A DNA stretch of 32,000 nucleotides from contig NC_006624.1 of NCBI RefSeq assembly GCF_000009965.1, positions 390,001 through 422,000 of the forward strand, written 5' to 3'. The first letter of the stretch is position 1; every line of letters begins with the position of its first letter. Below, piece by piece: positions 12,001-20,465 of this stretch. The DNA comes from Thermococcus kodakarensis KOD1 (lineage in GTDB: Archaea; Methanobacteriota_B; Thermococci; Thermococcales; Thermococcaceae). A program made the translations under genes and the position numbers. Under the pieces are notes generated by a model that worked only from the letters and a program-made list of their open reading frames with translations, ran no database searches and was not told the origin of the DNA.

Positions 12001-14191
12001 GGAGAAGTCCGAGGGGAATCTGCTCTCAGTGAACGGCCTTAAGCCAAAAGAAGCAAAAGCCCTCAAGTTCTGGGAGATTGACTGGAACGGGCCTCTTAAG
12101 GTCATCAAGCTCAAAAACGGACACGAAATTAAGGCAACTCCCGACCATGGTCTCCTCGTGATGAGAGAGGGCAAGCTCGGCTGGGTCTCCGCCAAGAACG
12201 TCAGGGAAGGAGACTACGTTGCCTTCGCCTACAACACCGGCCACCGTGGAAGAGATGAATACACGCTCCTCAAACTCATGATAAAGCTCGGAATAACCGA
12301 CGTGATGGTCGAGCTGGACGAGGAGTATTTCAACGAGAAGGTAGCTCCAATCGTCAGGGAGAGGATCTCAACGAGCACCAAGTACAAGTATCTCCGCAGG
12401 CGTGTCCTTCCCCTCTACCTTCTCCAGGAATGGGGGCTTGATGACTACGAGGCCCACGTGAAGTCCCTCTACCGCCAAAGGGCAGGCTCAAAGCCCATAC
12501 CCAACTTCAAACTTGACGGGAGGTTCTGGTACGTCTTCGGCCTCGTCCTTGGCGATGGAACCCTAAGGGACAGCAAGGTCTTGATTTCCCAGACTCCCCT
12601 GAAGGACGTTAAATCCGTACTCGAAGATGTTTTCCCGTTCCTCCGTGTCTTTGAAACGACGAACCAGGTTGGCTTCTCGAACTCAATCATCGCCGAGGTC
12701 TTCAGGAGACTTGGAGCGAGAAAAGGAAAGCTCCACCCGCTCGTGTTTGGACTCCGTGAGGAGTACATCAACGCAATGATCGCAGGCTATTTTGACACGG
12801 ATGGAACTTTCTCCATCCTCAACGACAGGAAAGGGCCGAACTTCAGGGGGATCCTGACTTCAAAGAGGGGCGACGTCCTCAGAATGCTCAGCGTTTACCT
12901 CTACCAGATCGGCATCATGAACTACCTCAGACGGGACGAGCGCACTGGGGTTTGGGACTTGATAATAAGCAACAGGAGCCTCGAAAAGTTCAGGGAGAAA
13001 ATATACCCGTACCTTAGAATTAGAAGGGCGCAGTTTGACGAGGCGTATTCCGTTTACAGGGCATCGCGGAGGGCCTTTGAGGGTGACCTGCTCCCGGTCG
13101 CTCCCGTCTTCGGAAAGCTGAAGTTCAAAAACGGCACCAAGAACAGGATCCTGAAGGAAACTGGAATCGACGTTTGGAACTGGCTCAAACGTCCGGAGGG
13201 AGAGATTCCACGGGACAAACTCTCAAAGGTGCTTGAGTACGCAGAGGAAAGCCCAGAGAAGGAGTTCCTCAAGTCCCTCGTCGAGGCGGGGGTTACCTGG
13301 GTTAAAGTGAAGGGGGTTGAAGAAGAACTTTACACCGGAAAGCTCTATGACTTCACGACGACCACTGAGAACTTCCTCTCCAACGGTGCCGTCTCCCACA
13401 ACTGTACCTACCACAGAACTGACAGTACACACGTCAGCAACACCGGAATAGAGGTCGCGAAGGAATACATAACCCAGGAACTCGGCGAAAAGTACTTCAA
13501 ACCCAGGCCGTGGGGAGAGGAGGGAGCACACGAGGCCATAAGACCCACTAGACCGATAGACACCGGCAGGTTGATGCAGCTCATCCGCGATGGAATAATC
13601 CAGCTCCCGAGGAACCTTACAAGGAATCACTACAGGCTCTACGACATGATATTCAGGCGCTTCATGACGAGCCAGATGACCCCAGCGAAGATACTCTACG
13701 AGAAGGCCGTAATCAACGCTGGCGTCGGAAAGGCCGAGCTTGAAGGCTACGTTGAGATAATCGAGGACGGCTGGACAAGACTGCGCTCGCCGCCGCTCAG
13801 GGAGCTTCCAAAGCTTGAGAAGGGAATGAAGCTCAAGGTGGTTGAGGCAAAGAAGTGGAAGGCTCCAAAGGTTTCCCTCTACACTCAGGGAGACATAATA
13901 GCCCTGATGAAGGAGAGGAAGATAGGAAGACCGTCAACGTACGCCAAGATCGTTGAAACGCTCATGAGAAGAGGTTACGTCGTGGAAACAAAGGGAAGAA
14001 AGAAGCTCCTTCCAACGGAAAAAGGCATCAAAGTCTACCACTACCTCGTCAGCAAGTACAGGGACCTTGTGAGCGAGGAGAGAACGAGGGAACTTGAGGA
14101 AATAATGGACCGCATAGAAGAAGGGATTGAGGATTACATAAAGGTTCTCGGGGAGCTTTATTCGGAAATTCAAAGATACGTTTCGGGTTGA
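9056..14191 (+). CDS. rgy: reverse gyrase (helicase-like domain fused to type IA topoisomerase), interrupted by an intein
   Basis: N-terminal Zn finger CPNCWGR...CEEC. Walker [10 protein letters not shown] and DDVD box. TOPRIM motifs [13 protein letters not shown] and [14 protein letters not shown]. Zn ribbon CRDCGH...CPRCGS. The topo IA active-site motif TYHRTDS is split from LFEAGL by the intein. 1711 aa total, 1222 aa after splicing. Confidence 0.95.
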   Translation: MKAVYREMCPNCWGRISDERLVMRNPCEECLDEPVHADSYFQLVSAVRNALKLRGTLKEWEKIYQLENQTREIEEFFKKATGFTFWSAQRTWVKRLLKGRSFSIIAPTGMGKSTFGAFMAVWHALKGKKSYIVVPTTPLVIQTVRKIEGIMENANADVRLAYYHGNLRKKEKEEMLERIKNEDYDILVTSAQWLARNYEEVLKGRHFDFIFVDDVDAFLKASKNIDRSLYLLGFTDEIIQKAWEIIRLKKQMSRYLNGNSEDRNEKLNGLNREIEKLQREIEKFKRKNKIGIMIIASATGSARGDRIKLYRELLGFEVGSGRSALRNVVDSYLKPTKDIKEHVEELLTRLGKGGLIFVPVDQGLGYAEELANYLSEKGFKIELVSSKNKKALEKFENGEADYLIGSATYYGSLVRGIDLPHLIRYAVFTGVPKFRFSIDLERPTIYRALGLLSEIMDFLSEEDRRQAEKLHARLRRLIRNIPQFELLKIEEALAEGLPIENEFHNHVLGVFRELVEFLRRVLRDEEVLRKLAEDPFISLVKEEGKWYIEIPDVRTYIQATGRTSRLFAGGITKGLSVLIVDNEKVFNGLVRQMRWRFQEFKMVPFEELDLDEILRQIDEDREKVRLVMEGKISAKVKDLVRSALMIVESPNKARTIANFFGQPSKTRIGDLVAYEISVGDRMLTILASGGHMFDLVTNEGYHGVLIQNEGDMLKFIPVYDTLKRCRDCGHQFVDWEKKGVCPRCGSTNVRDALENVIAMREIAQEVDEILIATDPDTEGEKIAWDIRNVLAPYTPNIKRIEFHEVTRPAIMKAIQEARDVNENRVNAQIVRRIEDRWIGFELSQELQRVFESYNLSAGRVQTPVLGWIIERYKEFTESEVYFLGLTLENGLQVTIELGKDGKDVEPPEYVTVEEVQLEERELNPAPPYTTDAMLKDASTFLKLSAPETMRLAQDLFEAGLCVTPDTLVSLADGRIMEIKDAVEKSEGNLLSVNGLKPKEAKALKFWEIDWNGPLKVIKLKNGHEIKATPDHGLLVMREGKLGWVSAKNVREGDYVAFAYNTGHRGRDEYTLLKLMIKLGITDVMVELDEEYFNEKVAPIVRERISTSTKYKYLRRRVLPLYLLQEWGLDDYEAHVKSLYRQRAGSKPIPNFKLDGRFWYVFGLVLGDGTLRDSKVLISQTPLKDVKSVLEDVFPFLRVFETTNQVGFSNSIIAEVFRRLGARKGKLHPLVFGLREEYINAMIAGYFDTDGTFSILNDRKGPNFRGILTSKRGDVLRMLSVYLYQIGIMNYLRRDERTGVWDLIISNRSLEKFREKIYPYLRIRRAQFDEAYSVYRASRRAFEGDLLPVAPVFGKLKFKNGTKNRILKETGIDVWNWLKRPEGEIPRDKLSKVLEYAEESPEKEFLKSLVEAGVTWVKVKGVEEELYTGKLYDFTTTTENFLSNGAVSHNCTYHRTDSTHVSNTGIEVAKEYITQELGEKYFKPRPWGEEGAHEAIRPTRPIDTGRLMQLIRDGIIQLPRNLTRNHYRLYDMIFRRFMTSQMTPAKILYEKAVINAGVGKAELEGYVEIIEDGWTRLRSPPLRELPKLEKGMKLKVVEAKKWKAPKVSLYTQGDIIALMKERKIGRPSTYAKIVETLMRRGYVVETKGRKKLLPTEKGIKVYHYLVSKYRDLVSEERTRELEEIMDRIEEGIEDYIKVLGELYSEIQRYVSG
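11936..13402 (+). mobile_element. intein (489 aa) with LAGLIDADG homing-endonuclease domain, inside reverse gyrase
   Basis: Junctions are ...[19 protein letters not shown] and ...[15 protein letters not shown]. These give Cys1, a terminal His-Asn and a +1 Cys. Block B is IKATPDH. The two LAGLIDADG motifs are [14 protein letters not shown] and [15 protein letters not shown]. Confidence 0.9.
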
Positions 14192-14352
14192 TGGTGTTTT
14201 AATCGCTTGCCACTATCTTTTTATGCTGTCCCATTCTGTCTTTTTGAATGCTTGAGCCTTAGGGTATGTTTACCGTAAATAATCCATTATGTTATCTTGT
14301 TCTCTCTTGAGGTTCTGATTTCCAAAAACTTTAAAACCCCAGCTGTGGTAAC

Positions 14353-14376
14353 CTGGTTGTATCCCCATACAACCAG
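14353..14376. repeat. perfect 10-bp inverted repeat with a 4-nt loop (hairpin or palindromic site) in a long non-coding spacer
   Basis: CTGGTTGTAT-CCCC-ATACAACCAG, read directly. It lies 162 nt after the rgy stop and 126 nt before the trmBL2-like ATG. Confidence 0.6.
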
Positions 14377-14449
14377 AGTATAATCTAAGTAAGTTATCCA
14401 ATCCAACTATGTCCGACACATGCCATGAACTTCCCCTGGGAGGAAAAGA

Positions 14450-14457
14450 TTTATATT
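14450..14457 (+). promoter_or_regulatory. TATA-box candidate with A-rich BRE-like flank for the TrmBL2-like gene
   Basis: AAAAGATTTATATTGG lies 45 nt upstream of ATG 14502. The SD-like TAGGTGGTGG lies in between. Confidence 0.45.
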
Positions 14458-14501
14458 GGTTGGGACCCAATTTAGAAATAGAAAATTAGGTGGTGGTAAA
14501 G

Positions 14502-15296
14502 ATGGTCAAGGACAGGATGGTGGAGCTCCTTCAGGAGCACTTTGAGTTGAACCTCTACGAGGCAAGGGCGTACGTGGCCCTGGTCGGTTTTGGTGTTCTT
14601 ACACCGGCCGAGCTTGCCAGCGTCTCAGAGGTTCCGGCTCCAAGAACTTACGACGTCCTCAGGAGCCTTGAGAAGAAGGGATTCGCCATCAGCCAGCCGG
14701 GCAAGGTCAACAAGTACAGGCCGGTGCACCCGGAGAACATCCTCGAGAAGTTCATCGAGGAGTGGCAGGAGCGCGTTAAGGAAGAGCTCGAGGCCAAGAA
14801 GAAGGCCAAGGAGGAGCTCATCGAGCTCATGAAGCCGCTCATCGAGACCGAGATTCCGAAGTACGGCGTTGAGAGGGTCTGGGTTGTCAGGGGCATAAGG
14901 AACGCCACCCTCAAGACCAAGGAGATGTTCGAGGAAGTCAAGGAGAAGATCCTCCTCGCCGACGACGGTTACATCGCCATAAACCTCGAGAACGACCTCA
15001 TTAAGGCCATCGACAACGGCGCCAAGGCCAAGATCATCGTGAGCAAGTCCCTCCTCAAGAGGCTTGAGGGCTCAAAGATCATGGAGTACGCCAAGAAGGG
15101 CAAGCTCGAGCTCAGGGCCCTTGACAAGTTCGAGCTCCCGATGCTCATCTGCGACGACGAGGTCTTCTTCGCCCTTGAGGACATGGCTGCAAGGTACTTC
15201 AACTACGAGACCCAGGTCTGGATCAAGGACTTCAGGGTCAGGGACCTCTTCGAGGCAAAGTTCAACGAGTACTGGGAGAAGGCCGAGAAGGTCTGA
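14502..15296 (+). CDS. trmBL2: TrmB-family DNA-binding protein, TrmBL2-like (chromatin-associated regulator)
   Basis: 264 aa, MVKDRMVELLQEHFELNLYEARAYVALVGFGVLTPAELASVSEVPAPRTYDVLRSLEKKGF, which is a TrmB-type wHTH. It has a coiled-coil linker and no sugar-binding-size C-terminal domain. Its position next to rgy matches T. kodakarensis as I remember it. Confidence 0.8.
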   Translation: MVKDRMVELLQEHFELNLYEARAYVALVGFGVLTPAELASVSEVPAPRTYDVLRSLEKKGFAISQPGKVNKYRPVHPENILEKFIEEWQERVKEELEAKKKAKEELIELMKPLIETEIPKYGVERVWVVRGIRNATLKTKEMFEEVKEKILLADDGYIAINLENDLIKAIDNGAKAKIIVSKSLLKRLEGSKIMEYAKKGKLELRALDKFELPMLICDDEVFFALEDMAARYFNYETQVWIKDFRVRDLFEAKFNEYWEKAEKV

Positions 15297-15424
15297 TCCC
15301 TTCTCTCTGTTCTTGCTTTTACTGTTCTTTTCTTCGGTTGTTCAGAGAAACATTGTGCTACCTATCATAGGCGTTCAATCCCATACTGGGCCGAGAAGTC
15401 AAAAGTGGAGAGAATAGAGGTTAG

Positions 15425-15637
15425 TCAAACGTACTTGAACTCCTCTTCCTCCTCTCTCTTTTCCCGGATTTTCCAGAAGATTTTTCCTTCCCTCTGGAAG
15501 CTCTCCACCTTGCCCTGCTCGGCGAACCTTAGGAGGTAGCGCCTTACCTCCATCGGGCTGATTCCAGTCTCCTTGGCTATCTCATCAACGGTCTTCGGGC
15601 CGCTTTCAAGGGCCTTCAAAACCCTCTGGTTCTTCAT
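15425..15637 (-). CDS. small winged-helix DNA-binding protein (70 aa)
   Basis: PKTVDEIAKETGISPMEVRRYLLRFAEQGKV is a helix-turn-helix pattern, followed by an acidic tail. The start overlaps the upstream stop (ATGA). Confidence 0.6.
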   Translation of the reverse strand: MKNQRVLKALESGPKTVDEIAKETGISPMEVRRYLLRFAEQGKVESFQREGKIFWKIREKREEEEEFKYV

Positions 15638-15969
15638 TCAGATCCCTCCAGTCGTTTATACCTCTCCAACAGGTCGATTATCTTCTCCATCACCCTTAAA
15701 TGTTTCTCAAGTTCTTCAATGTCCTCTGGAAGGGAGTTCGCAAGCTGGGTCAGCTTCTCCCTCAGCCTCTCTTCGACGTCTTTGACCTCCTCCTTCATTT
15801 CGGCCTTCCTTTTTCTTTCCCTGTACTCGCATACTGGACAGAAAACCCTACCGTCCTTCTCAAAGAGGGGCGAACCGCACCTCGGACAGTGTCTATCGAG
15901 CATCTTAGCGCCGGAAAGCATCAGAGGCATTATCACGTTCCTGATTTCTTCTTCGGTTGGCCCCTTCAC
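15634..15969 (-). CDS. zinc-ribbon protein, UPF0148 / Sjogren autoantigen-1 (p27)-like
   Basis: CPRCGSPLFEKDGRVFCPVC zinc ribbon followed by a charged coiled-coil tail. 111 aa. Overlaps both neighbours by 4 nt. Confidence 0.55.
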   Translation of the reverse strand: MKGPTEEEIRNVIMPLMLSGAKMLDRHCPRCGSPLFEKDGRVFCPVCEYRERKRKAEMKEEVKDVEERLREKLTQLANSLPEDIEELEKHLRVMEKIIDLLERYKRLEGSE

Positions 15970-16700
15970 TCCAATCCCTCCGTCAGGAGCTGGAAGACCT
16001 CAAAGAGTGCCCGCTTTCCAAGACGGGAGTGCCTTATTCTGTCCGAAATTTCGGCAATGTCAAACGCAACAACGTTGAACTCCCGCTTTATCGCCTCAAG
16101 TATCTCGATTAGCTCATCGAGAGTCAGCTCACCGTGCTGGAATCGAGCTATTTTGTACTCCGGCCTGAGAACGTCCATATCGACTGTGAGGTATATTTCA
16201 TCGCCGAGGTACTTCTTTGCATCGGCTATTATGTCCTCAATGGAGTTCGTCTGGAAGTTCTTATAAGCCCTCCACTTTCCACCCCGTTTTCTGCTCCTCA
16301 ACAGGGCTGGATATATCTTGACTCGCCTCGTCCAGAGCTGGGTTCTGTCGGTTGTCGGTATCATCAAGACCGGAGCCATCACGGCGGCCCTCTCAACGAG
16401 CCTGTTCTCAAGGGCATAGGCCAGCCACGAGCCGTGATCAAGGTAGTCGTGCATCAAATCTGTGTGAGCATCAACGCTGATCAGGGATTTTGGCCTCAGC
16501 CTGTCGATTATCCCGTAGGTTGCGAGGTGTTCACCGACCACATAGGCCCTGTCCTGGGGAATTCGCTCTGATAGAAGGTCAATCCTGCTGGCCTCGACGA
16601 TGACGTAGTCATCAATGAGCTTGTTCCTTTTTAGGAGCTGGAGGGTGTAGAGAACTCCATCGCGGTTGGGCTTCTCTCCAAAGGGTATGAAAGTTACCAT
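15966..16700 (-). CDS. arginase/agmatinase/ureohydrolase-superfamily protein
   Basis: Metal-ligand-like motifs SVDAHTDL, TVDMDVL and AFDIAE. 244 aa from ATG 16700 (GGTGGAAGGAATG); GTG 16715 is possible. Confidence 0.6.
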   Translation of the reverse strand: MVTFIPFGEKPNRDGVLYTLQLLKRNKLIDDYVIVEASRIDLLSERIPQDRAYVVGEHLATYGIIDRLRPKSLISVDAHTDLMHDYLDHGSWLAYALENRLVERAAVMAPVLMIPTTDRTQLWTRRVKIYPALLRSRKRGGKWRAYKNFQTNSIEDIIADAKKYLGDEIYLTVDMDVLRPEYKIARFQHGELTLDELIEILEAIKREFNVVAFDIAEISDRIRHSRLGKRALFEVFQLLTEGLE

Positions 16701-16788
16701 TCCTTCCACCAGCACAACATTGGGAACTTTTTTTAAAAGCGTTGGGAGGAATAATAGGCATTTTTATGTCAATCTTCACGGCCAAACC

Positions 16789-16796
16789 TTTAAAAA
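16789..16796 (+). promoter_or_regulatory. TATA-box candidate for the hps-phi operon
   Basis: CCTTTAAAAACT lies 45 nt upstream of ATG 16841. The SD GGAGGTCG lies at 16819-16826. Confidence 0.4.
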
Positions 16797-16840
16797 CTCG
16801 ACCCAAAACCTTCAACTGAAAAATCTCCGGAGGTCGTGTC

Positions 16841-18061
16841 ATGATACTCCAGGTCGCTCTTGACCTTACCGATATTGAGCAGGCCATTTCTATAGCTGAG
16901 AAGGCCGCCCGCGGCGGGGCCCACTGGCTTGAAGTAGGCACTCCCCTCATCAAGAAAGAAGGAATGAGGGCAGTAGAGCTCATGAAGAGGCGCTTCCCGG
17001 ACAGGAAGATAGTCGCGGATCTCAAGACAATGGACACCGGTGCCCTCGAGGTCGAGATGGCCGCGAGGCACGGCGCTGATGTTGTTTCTATTCTGGGCGT
17101 TGCAGACGACAAGACCATCAAGGATGCAGTTGAGGTCGCGAGGAGGTATGGAATAAGGGTTATGGTTGACCTGATCGGCGTCAAGGACAAGGTTAAGAGG
17201 GCAAAAGAGCTTGAGAAGATGGGCGTCCACTACATCCTCGTCCACACTGGAATTGACGAGCAGGCCCAGGGCAAGAACCCACTTGAGGACCTTGAGAAGG
17301 TCGTAAAGGCCGTCAAAGTTCCGGTTGCAGTCGCTGGGGGCCTGAATCTCGATACGATACCTAAGGTCATAGAGCTCGGCGCCACGATAATCATCGTGGG
17401 AAGCGCCATAACCAAGGCCAAAGACCCTGAAGAAGTCACCAGAAGGATAATAGACCTCTTCTGGGGCGAGTACATGATGACGATAAGAAAGGCCATGTTC
17501 GACATAACGGACCACATAAGGAGCGTCGCCGAAAACCTCAAGCTCGAACAGGTTAGAGGCCTCGTGGATGCCATGATAGGGGCCAACAAGATATTCATCT
17601 ACGGCGCCGGAAGGAGCGGGCTCGTCGGCAAGGCCTTCGCGATGAGGCTCATGCACCTCGACTTCAACGTCTACGTCGTCGGTGAGACAATCACGCCAGC
17701 ATTCGAGGCAGGGGATTTACTCATAGCCATAAGTGGTTCGGGTGAAACAAAGAGCATAGTGGATGCCGCTCAGATAGCAAAGGAGCAGGGCGGAAAGGTC
17801 GTCGGCATAACCTCGTACGCGGACTCGACACTCGGAAAACTCGCTGACGTTGTCGTTGAAATCCCGGGAAGGACAAAGGCAGACGTCCCCACTGACTACA
17901 TAGCCAGGCAGATGCTCACCCAGTACAAATGGATAGCCCCTATGGGAACTCTTTTCGAGGACTCCACTATGGTCTTCCTTGACGGCATTATAGCACTCCT
18001 CATGGCGACCTTCCAGAAGACCGAAAAGGATATGAAGAGGAAGCACGCGACCCTTGAGTGA
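16841..18061 (+). CDS. hps-phi: bifunctional 3-hexulose-6-phosphate synthase / 6-phospho-3-hexuloisomerase (Hps-Phi fusion, RuMP pathway)
   Basis: The N-terminal half resembles the OMP-decarboxylase/Hps family (MILQVALDL...IVADLKTMDTG...LVHTGIDEQ). The C-terminal half is a SIS domain (IYGAGRSG...ISGSGETKS). The fused 406-aa form is the Thermococcales arrangement. Confidence 0.9.
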   Translation: MILQVALDLTDIEQAISIAEKAARGGAHWLEVGTPLIKKEGMRAVELMKRRFPDRKIVADLKTMDTGALEVEMAARHGADVVSILGVADDKTIKDAVEVARRYGIRVMVDLIGVKDKVKRAKELEKMGVHYILVHTGIDEQAQGKNPLEDLEKVVKAVKVPVAVAGGLNLDTIPKVIELGATIIIVGSAITKAKDPEEVTRRIIDLFWGEYMMTIRKAMFDITDHIRSVAENLKLEQVRGLVDAMIGANKIFIYGAGRSGLVGKAFAMRLMHLDFNVYVVGETITPAFEAGDLLIAISGSGETKSIVDAAQIAKEQGGKVVGITSYADSTLGKLADVVVEIPGRTKADVPTDYIARQMLTQYKWIAPMGTLFEDSTMVFLDGIIALLMATFQKTEKDMKRKHATLE

Positions 18062-18069
18062 GGGTCGCG

Positions 18070-18813
18070 ATGTTCTCCTTTACCCATATTTTTGCTGGAA
18101 TTGGTAGCAATGGTTCAAGGATAGTCAATGGAATTGAAACGGACTCCGTGGTAAAGGTATCCTTGAATCCAGCCAGGTACATTCTGCGGCCTAAGGAATA
18201 CCGGGAAAGGATTGTGAACTTCTTCTCTAACGTTCCCGAAAACAGCTTTGTGTGGCTCGTCTTTGATGACACAAAGACAAACAGGGAAATTATGGAGATA
18301 ATCCTTGAAGCACTCCCCTCGGATTCTATAAGGCTCGCTTATGTACTCACGCCTAAAGTTGAGCTGATCAACCAGAAACCCGAATGGGCGGATAAGTTCG
18401 AGACGGTGTTCTACGACTCCCTCTGGGACTTCTTAAAGGAGGACGTGCCCCTTGGAAAGGCTTTTGAGGAAGCTTCAAAGAACATTTCTGATATGTTCTC
18501 AAAGCTCTACCGTTACCTTGAAAGTGAGATGCTCGTGAACATAGACTACGCGGACCTGTTCAGCATGATACGGGGAGGAAACGTCGGCATAATGCGCCTT
18601 CTCCGCGAGGTTGACTTCAGCTGGCACTGGGGCATCTGGGAGCGCGGGCTTGTTGGAATACTTGTCGGTGAAGACTTCCCGCTGAGCGGTGCTCACAGAA
18701 TACTCTCCAAGTTTCAGGAGATACTCTCTGAGAAGGACATAATCTGGGGTGTGATCACCGACAAAAACGTTAAAGGCTCGGAAGTCCTCGCCCTGCTTGT
18801 GAAGAGGTGGTGA
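18070..18813 (+). CDS. short FtsZ/tubulin-fold paralogue with a degenerate nucleotide-binding signature
   Basis: By-eye alignment to archaeal FtsZ runs end to end. [12 protein letters not shown] aligns to [32 protein letters not shown] aligns to [44 protein letters not shown] aligns to [43 protein letters not shown] aligns to IIWGATIDENLENTVRVLLVITG. GTG 18058 is an alternative start. Confidence 0.55.
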   Translation: [247 protein letters not shown]

Positions 18814-18814
18814 T

Positions 18815-19468
18815 ATGGGCAGGATAAAGGCCGTTCTCTTTGACATCGATGGCACACTGCTAACTGAAATGCCCCTTATTCAGCTCTTTCTCCCGCAGGT
18901 GTACGAAAAGCTGGCAAAAAAGCTGGAAACTACCAAGGAAGAGGCCAGGAACGTGTTTCTGTCCGAGATATTCTCAAGGCGAGACACCTACGACTGGCAC
19001 GACTGGAACTTTTTCTTTGAGCTTTTTGGCCTCAATATGCGGTATGAAGACCTTCTGAGGAGGTACCCACACAAGCTCCACGTTTATCCGGACACCATTC
19101 CGACCCTTGAGTGGCTTAAAGGATCTGGATACCCTCTGGGAGTTGTCACGAGCGGGCCCGAATACCAGCGCCTTAAGCTCAAGCTGACTGGGCTCGAAGG
19201 GTACTTCGATGTCATCGTGACCAGGGAGGATGTTAAGGCGATAAAACCCGAGCCAAAGATATTTCTCTACGCCCTTGAAAAACTCGGAGTTGAACCAAAA
19301 GAGGCCGCTTTCGTTGGGGATTCCCTGAGCCAGGACGTTTATGGGGCGAAGCACGTTGGCATGCTCTCAATATGGATAAACCGTGAGGGCGAACCCGGGC
19401 ATCACTTAGCGGACTATGAAATCAGGACGCTCCACGAGCTTAGAAAAATACTGGGGGTGGTAGAATGA
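18815..19468 (+). CDS. HAD-superfamily hydrolase (phosphatase-like)
   Basis: Motif I LFDIDGTL, motif II VVTSG, motif III/IV K...FVGDSLSQD. The ATG lies 1 nt after the upstream stop. Confidence 0.8.
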   Translation: MGRIKAVLFDIDGTLLTEMPLIQLFLPQVYEKLAKKLETTKEEARNVFLSEIFSRRDTYDWHDWNFFFELFGLNMRYEDLLRRYPHKLHVYPDTIPTLEWLKGSGYPLGVVTSGPEYQRLKLKLTGLEGYFDVIVTREDVKAIKPEPKIFLYALEKLGVEPKEAAFVGDSLSQDVYGAKHVGMLSIWINREGEPGHHLADYEIRTLHELRKILGVVE

Positions 19469-19653
19469 AGAAGGTGTTCGAAGGGGAAGGGACGTTTGTT
19501 GAATACGAGGAGAAGAAGGTAAAGCTTGAGAACGGCCACGAGCTGACCCACAGGCGCGAAAACCCGACTGAGCTCTGGTGGAAGTTAAAGGAAGCCATCA
19601 AAGGCAGGAAAGTTAAGATCGTGGCCTACGAGCTGGAGGAGAGCGAAGACTGA
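19465..19653 (+). CDS. small hypothetical protein (62 aa)
   Basis: Overlaps the HAD stop (ATGA) and the next start (TGATG). Charged and non-repetitive. Supported mainly by the translational-coupling geometry. Confidence 0.45.
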   Translation: MKKVFEGEGTFVEYEEKKVKLENGHELTHRRENPTELWWKLKEAIKGRKVKIVAYELEESED

Positions 19654-20465
19654 TGATCGCCCACCTTGTAAACACCGACGTTGGAAGCAGGGGAATAGGA
19701 AGGCTGTATCTTGACTACCGCACCAGAAACTTCCATTTTTTGGAGGACGCCGCTGAGACGTTTCTCAACAACCTTGAGAGAACTCTTATAGTAACCGGCT
19801 TCCCGATTCCGCCTTCTATGACTCCTGAAACCGACGGCCCACCCGGGGCATTGGCAGTCGCAAAAGCCGTAGAAAAGCTCGGGGGAAGGGCGGAAGTCCT
19901 CAGCTATCCGGAGGTAATGGGAGCATTGAGGCCGTTTGGCGTCACTTTTGCAAGGGACGGTGATGTCTCGGAATACTCGCTGGTCGTCGCCATTGAGACT
20001 CCCGGAAGGGCAGTTGACGGCAGGTATTACTCCATGAGCGGCATGGAGATAACGAGGGAGGCCTTTGACGGGCTGGTAATTGAGGCGAGAGAATATGGAA
20101 TCCCAACAATAGCGGTTGGTGACGGCGGAAACGAAGCCGGGATGGGCAACGTCAGGGACCTAATTGAGCTGTACATTCCCCTTGGAGAAAAGATAGCCAG
20201 CGTTGTTGAGGTTGATCACCTTATAACGGCTGGAGTGTCGAACTGGGGTTCCTACGGGCTGGTGGCACATGCCTCGATCTTAGCCGGCACAAATCTCCTT
20301 GCAGACTGGGATGAAGAGAGGGCAGTAAAAGCCCTAACAAGCGCCGGGTTGATAGATGGGGTTAGAAAGAAATCCAGCGAGAGCGTGGACGGGATCGGCC
20401 TCGAAGTCCATAAGGAAGTCGTTGAGCTTTTAAAGGCACTAATTAATGATGCCCTAGGTGGTTGA
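19653..20465 (+). CDS. DUF4392 (D-glutamate cyclase-like) domain protein
   Basis: The TGFPIPP...PETDGPPGA motif and GDGGNEAGMG fit my recollection of DUF4392. 270 aa. The assignment is tentative. Confidence 0.5.
   Translation: MIAHLVNTDVGSRGIGRLYLDYRTRNFHFLEDAAETFLNNLERTLIVTGFPIPPSMTPETDGPPGALAVAKAVEKLGGRAEVLSYPEVMGALRPFGVTFARDGDVSEYSLVVAIETPGRAVDGRYYSMSGMEITREAFDGLVIEAREYGIPTIAVGDGGNEAGMGNVRDLIELYIPLGEKIASVVEVDHLITAGVSNWGSYGLVAHASILAGTNLLADWDEERAVKALTSAGLIDGVRKKSSESVDGIGLEVHKEVVELLKALINDALGG

Noticed and set aside
9041-14173. Numerous 60-215-aa minus-strand ORFs inside reverse gyrase (e.g. 10514..11161, 11695..12195, 13223..13630)
   Set aside because: All lie antisense to an unambiguous 1711-aa conserved protein. 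They show low-complexity S/R/L-rich composition and have no SD or start context.
14270-14470. 66-aa minus-strand ORF in the rgy/trmBL2 spacer
   Set aside because: It lies in an AT-rich region, I saw no SD, and its composition is unlike neighbouring genes. It overlaps the putative trmBL2 promoter. I treated it as non-coding.
15373-15381. GTTCAATCC, resembling a tRNA T-loop, in the 128-nt convergent spacer 15297-15424
   Set aside because: The flanking bases do not form a T-stem, acceptor stem or anticodon arm on either strand. It is not a tRNA.
14590-15417. Arg/Ser-rich alternative-frame ORFs within and after the TrmBL2-like gene (14590..14832, 15064..15417, and minus-strand 14648..14941, 14969..15202)
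   Set aside because: These are frame-shifted readings of a Lys/Glu-rich gene (GAG/AAG repeats read as Arg/Ser). There is no independent support.
16612-17656. 192-aa and 288-aa minus-strand ORFs antisense to hps-phi
   Set aside because: These are antisense shadow ORFs of a strongly recognisable fused enzyme. They have odd composition and no start context.
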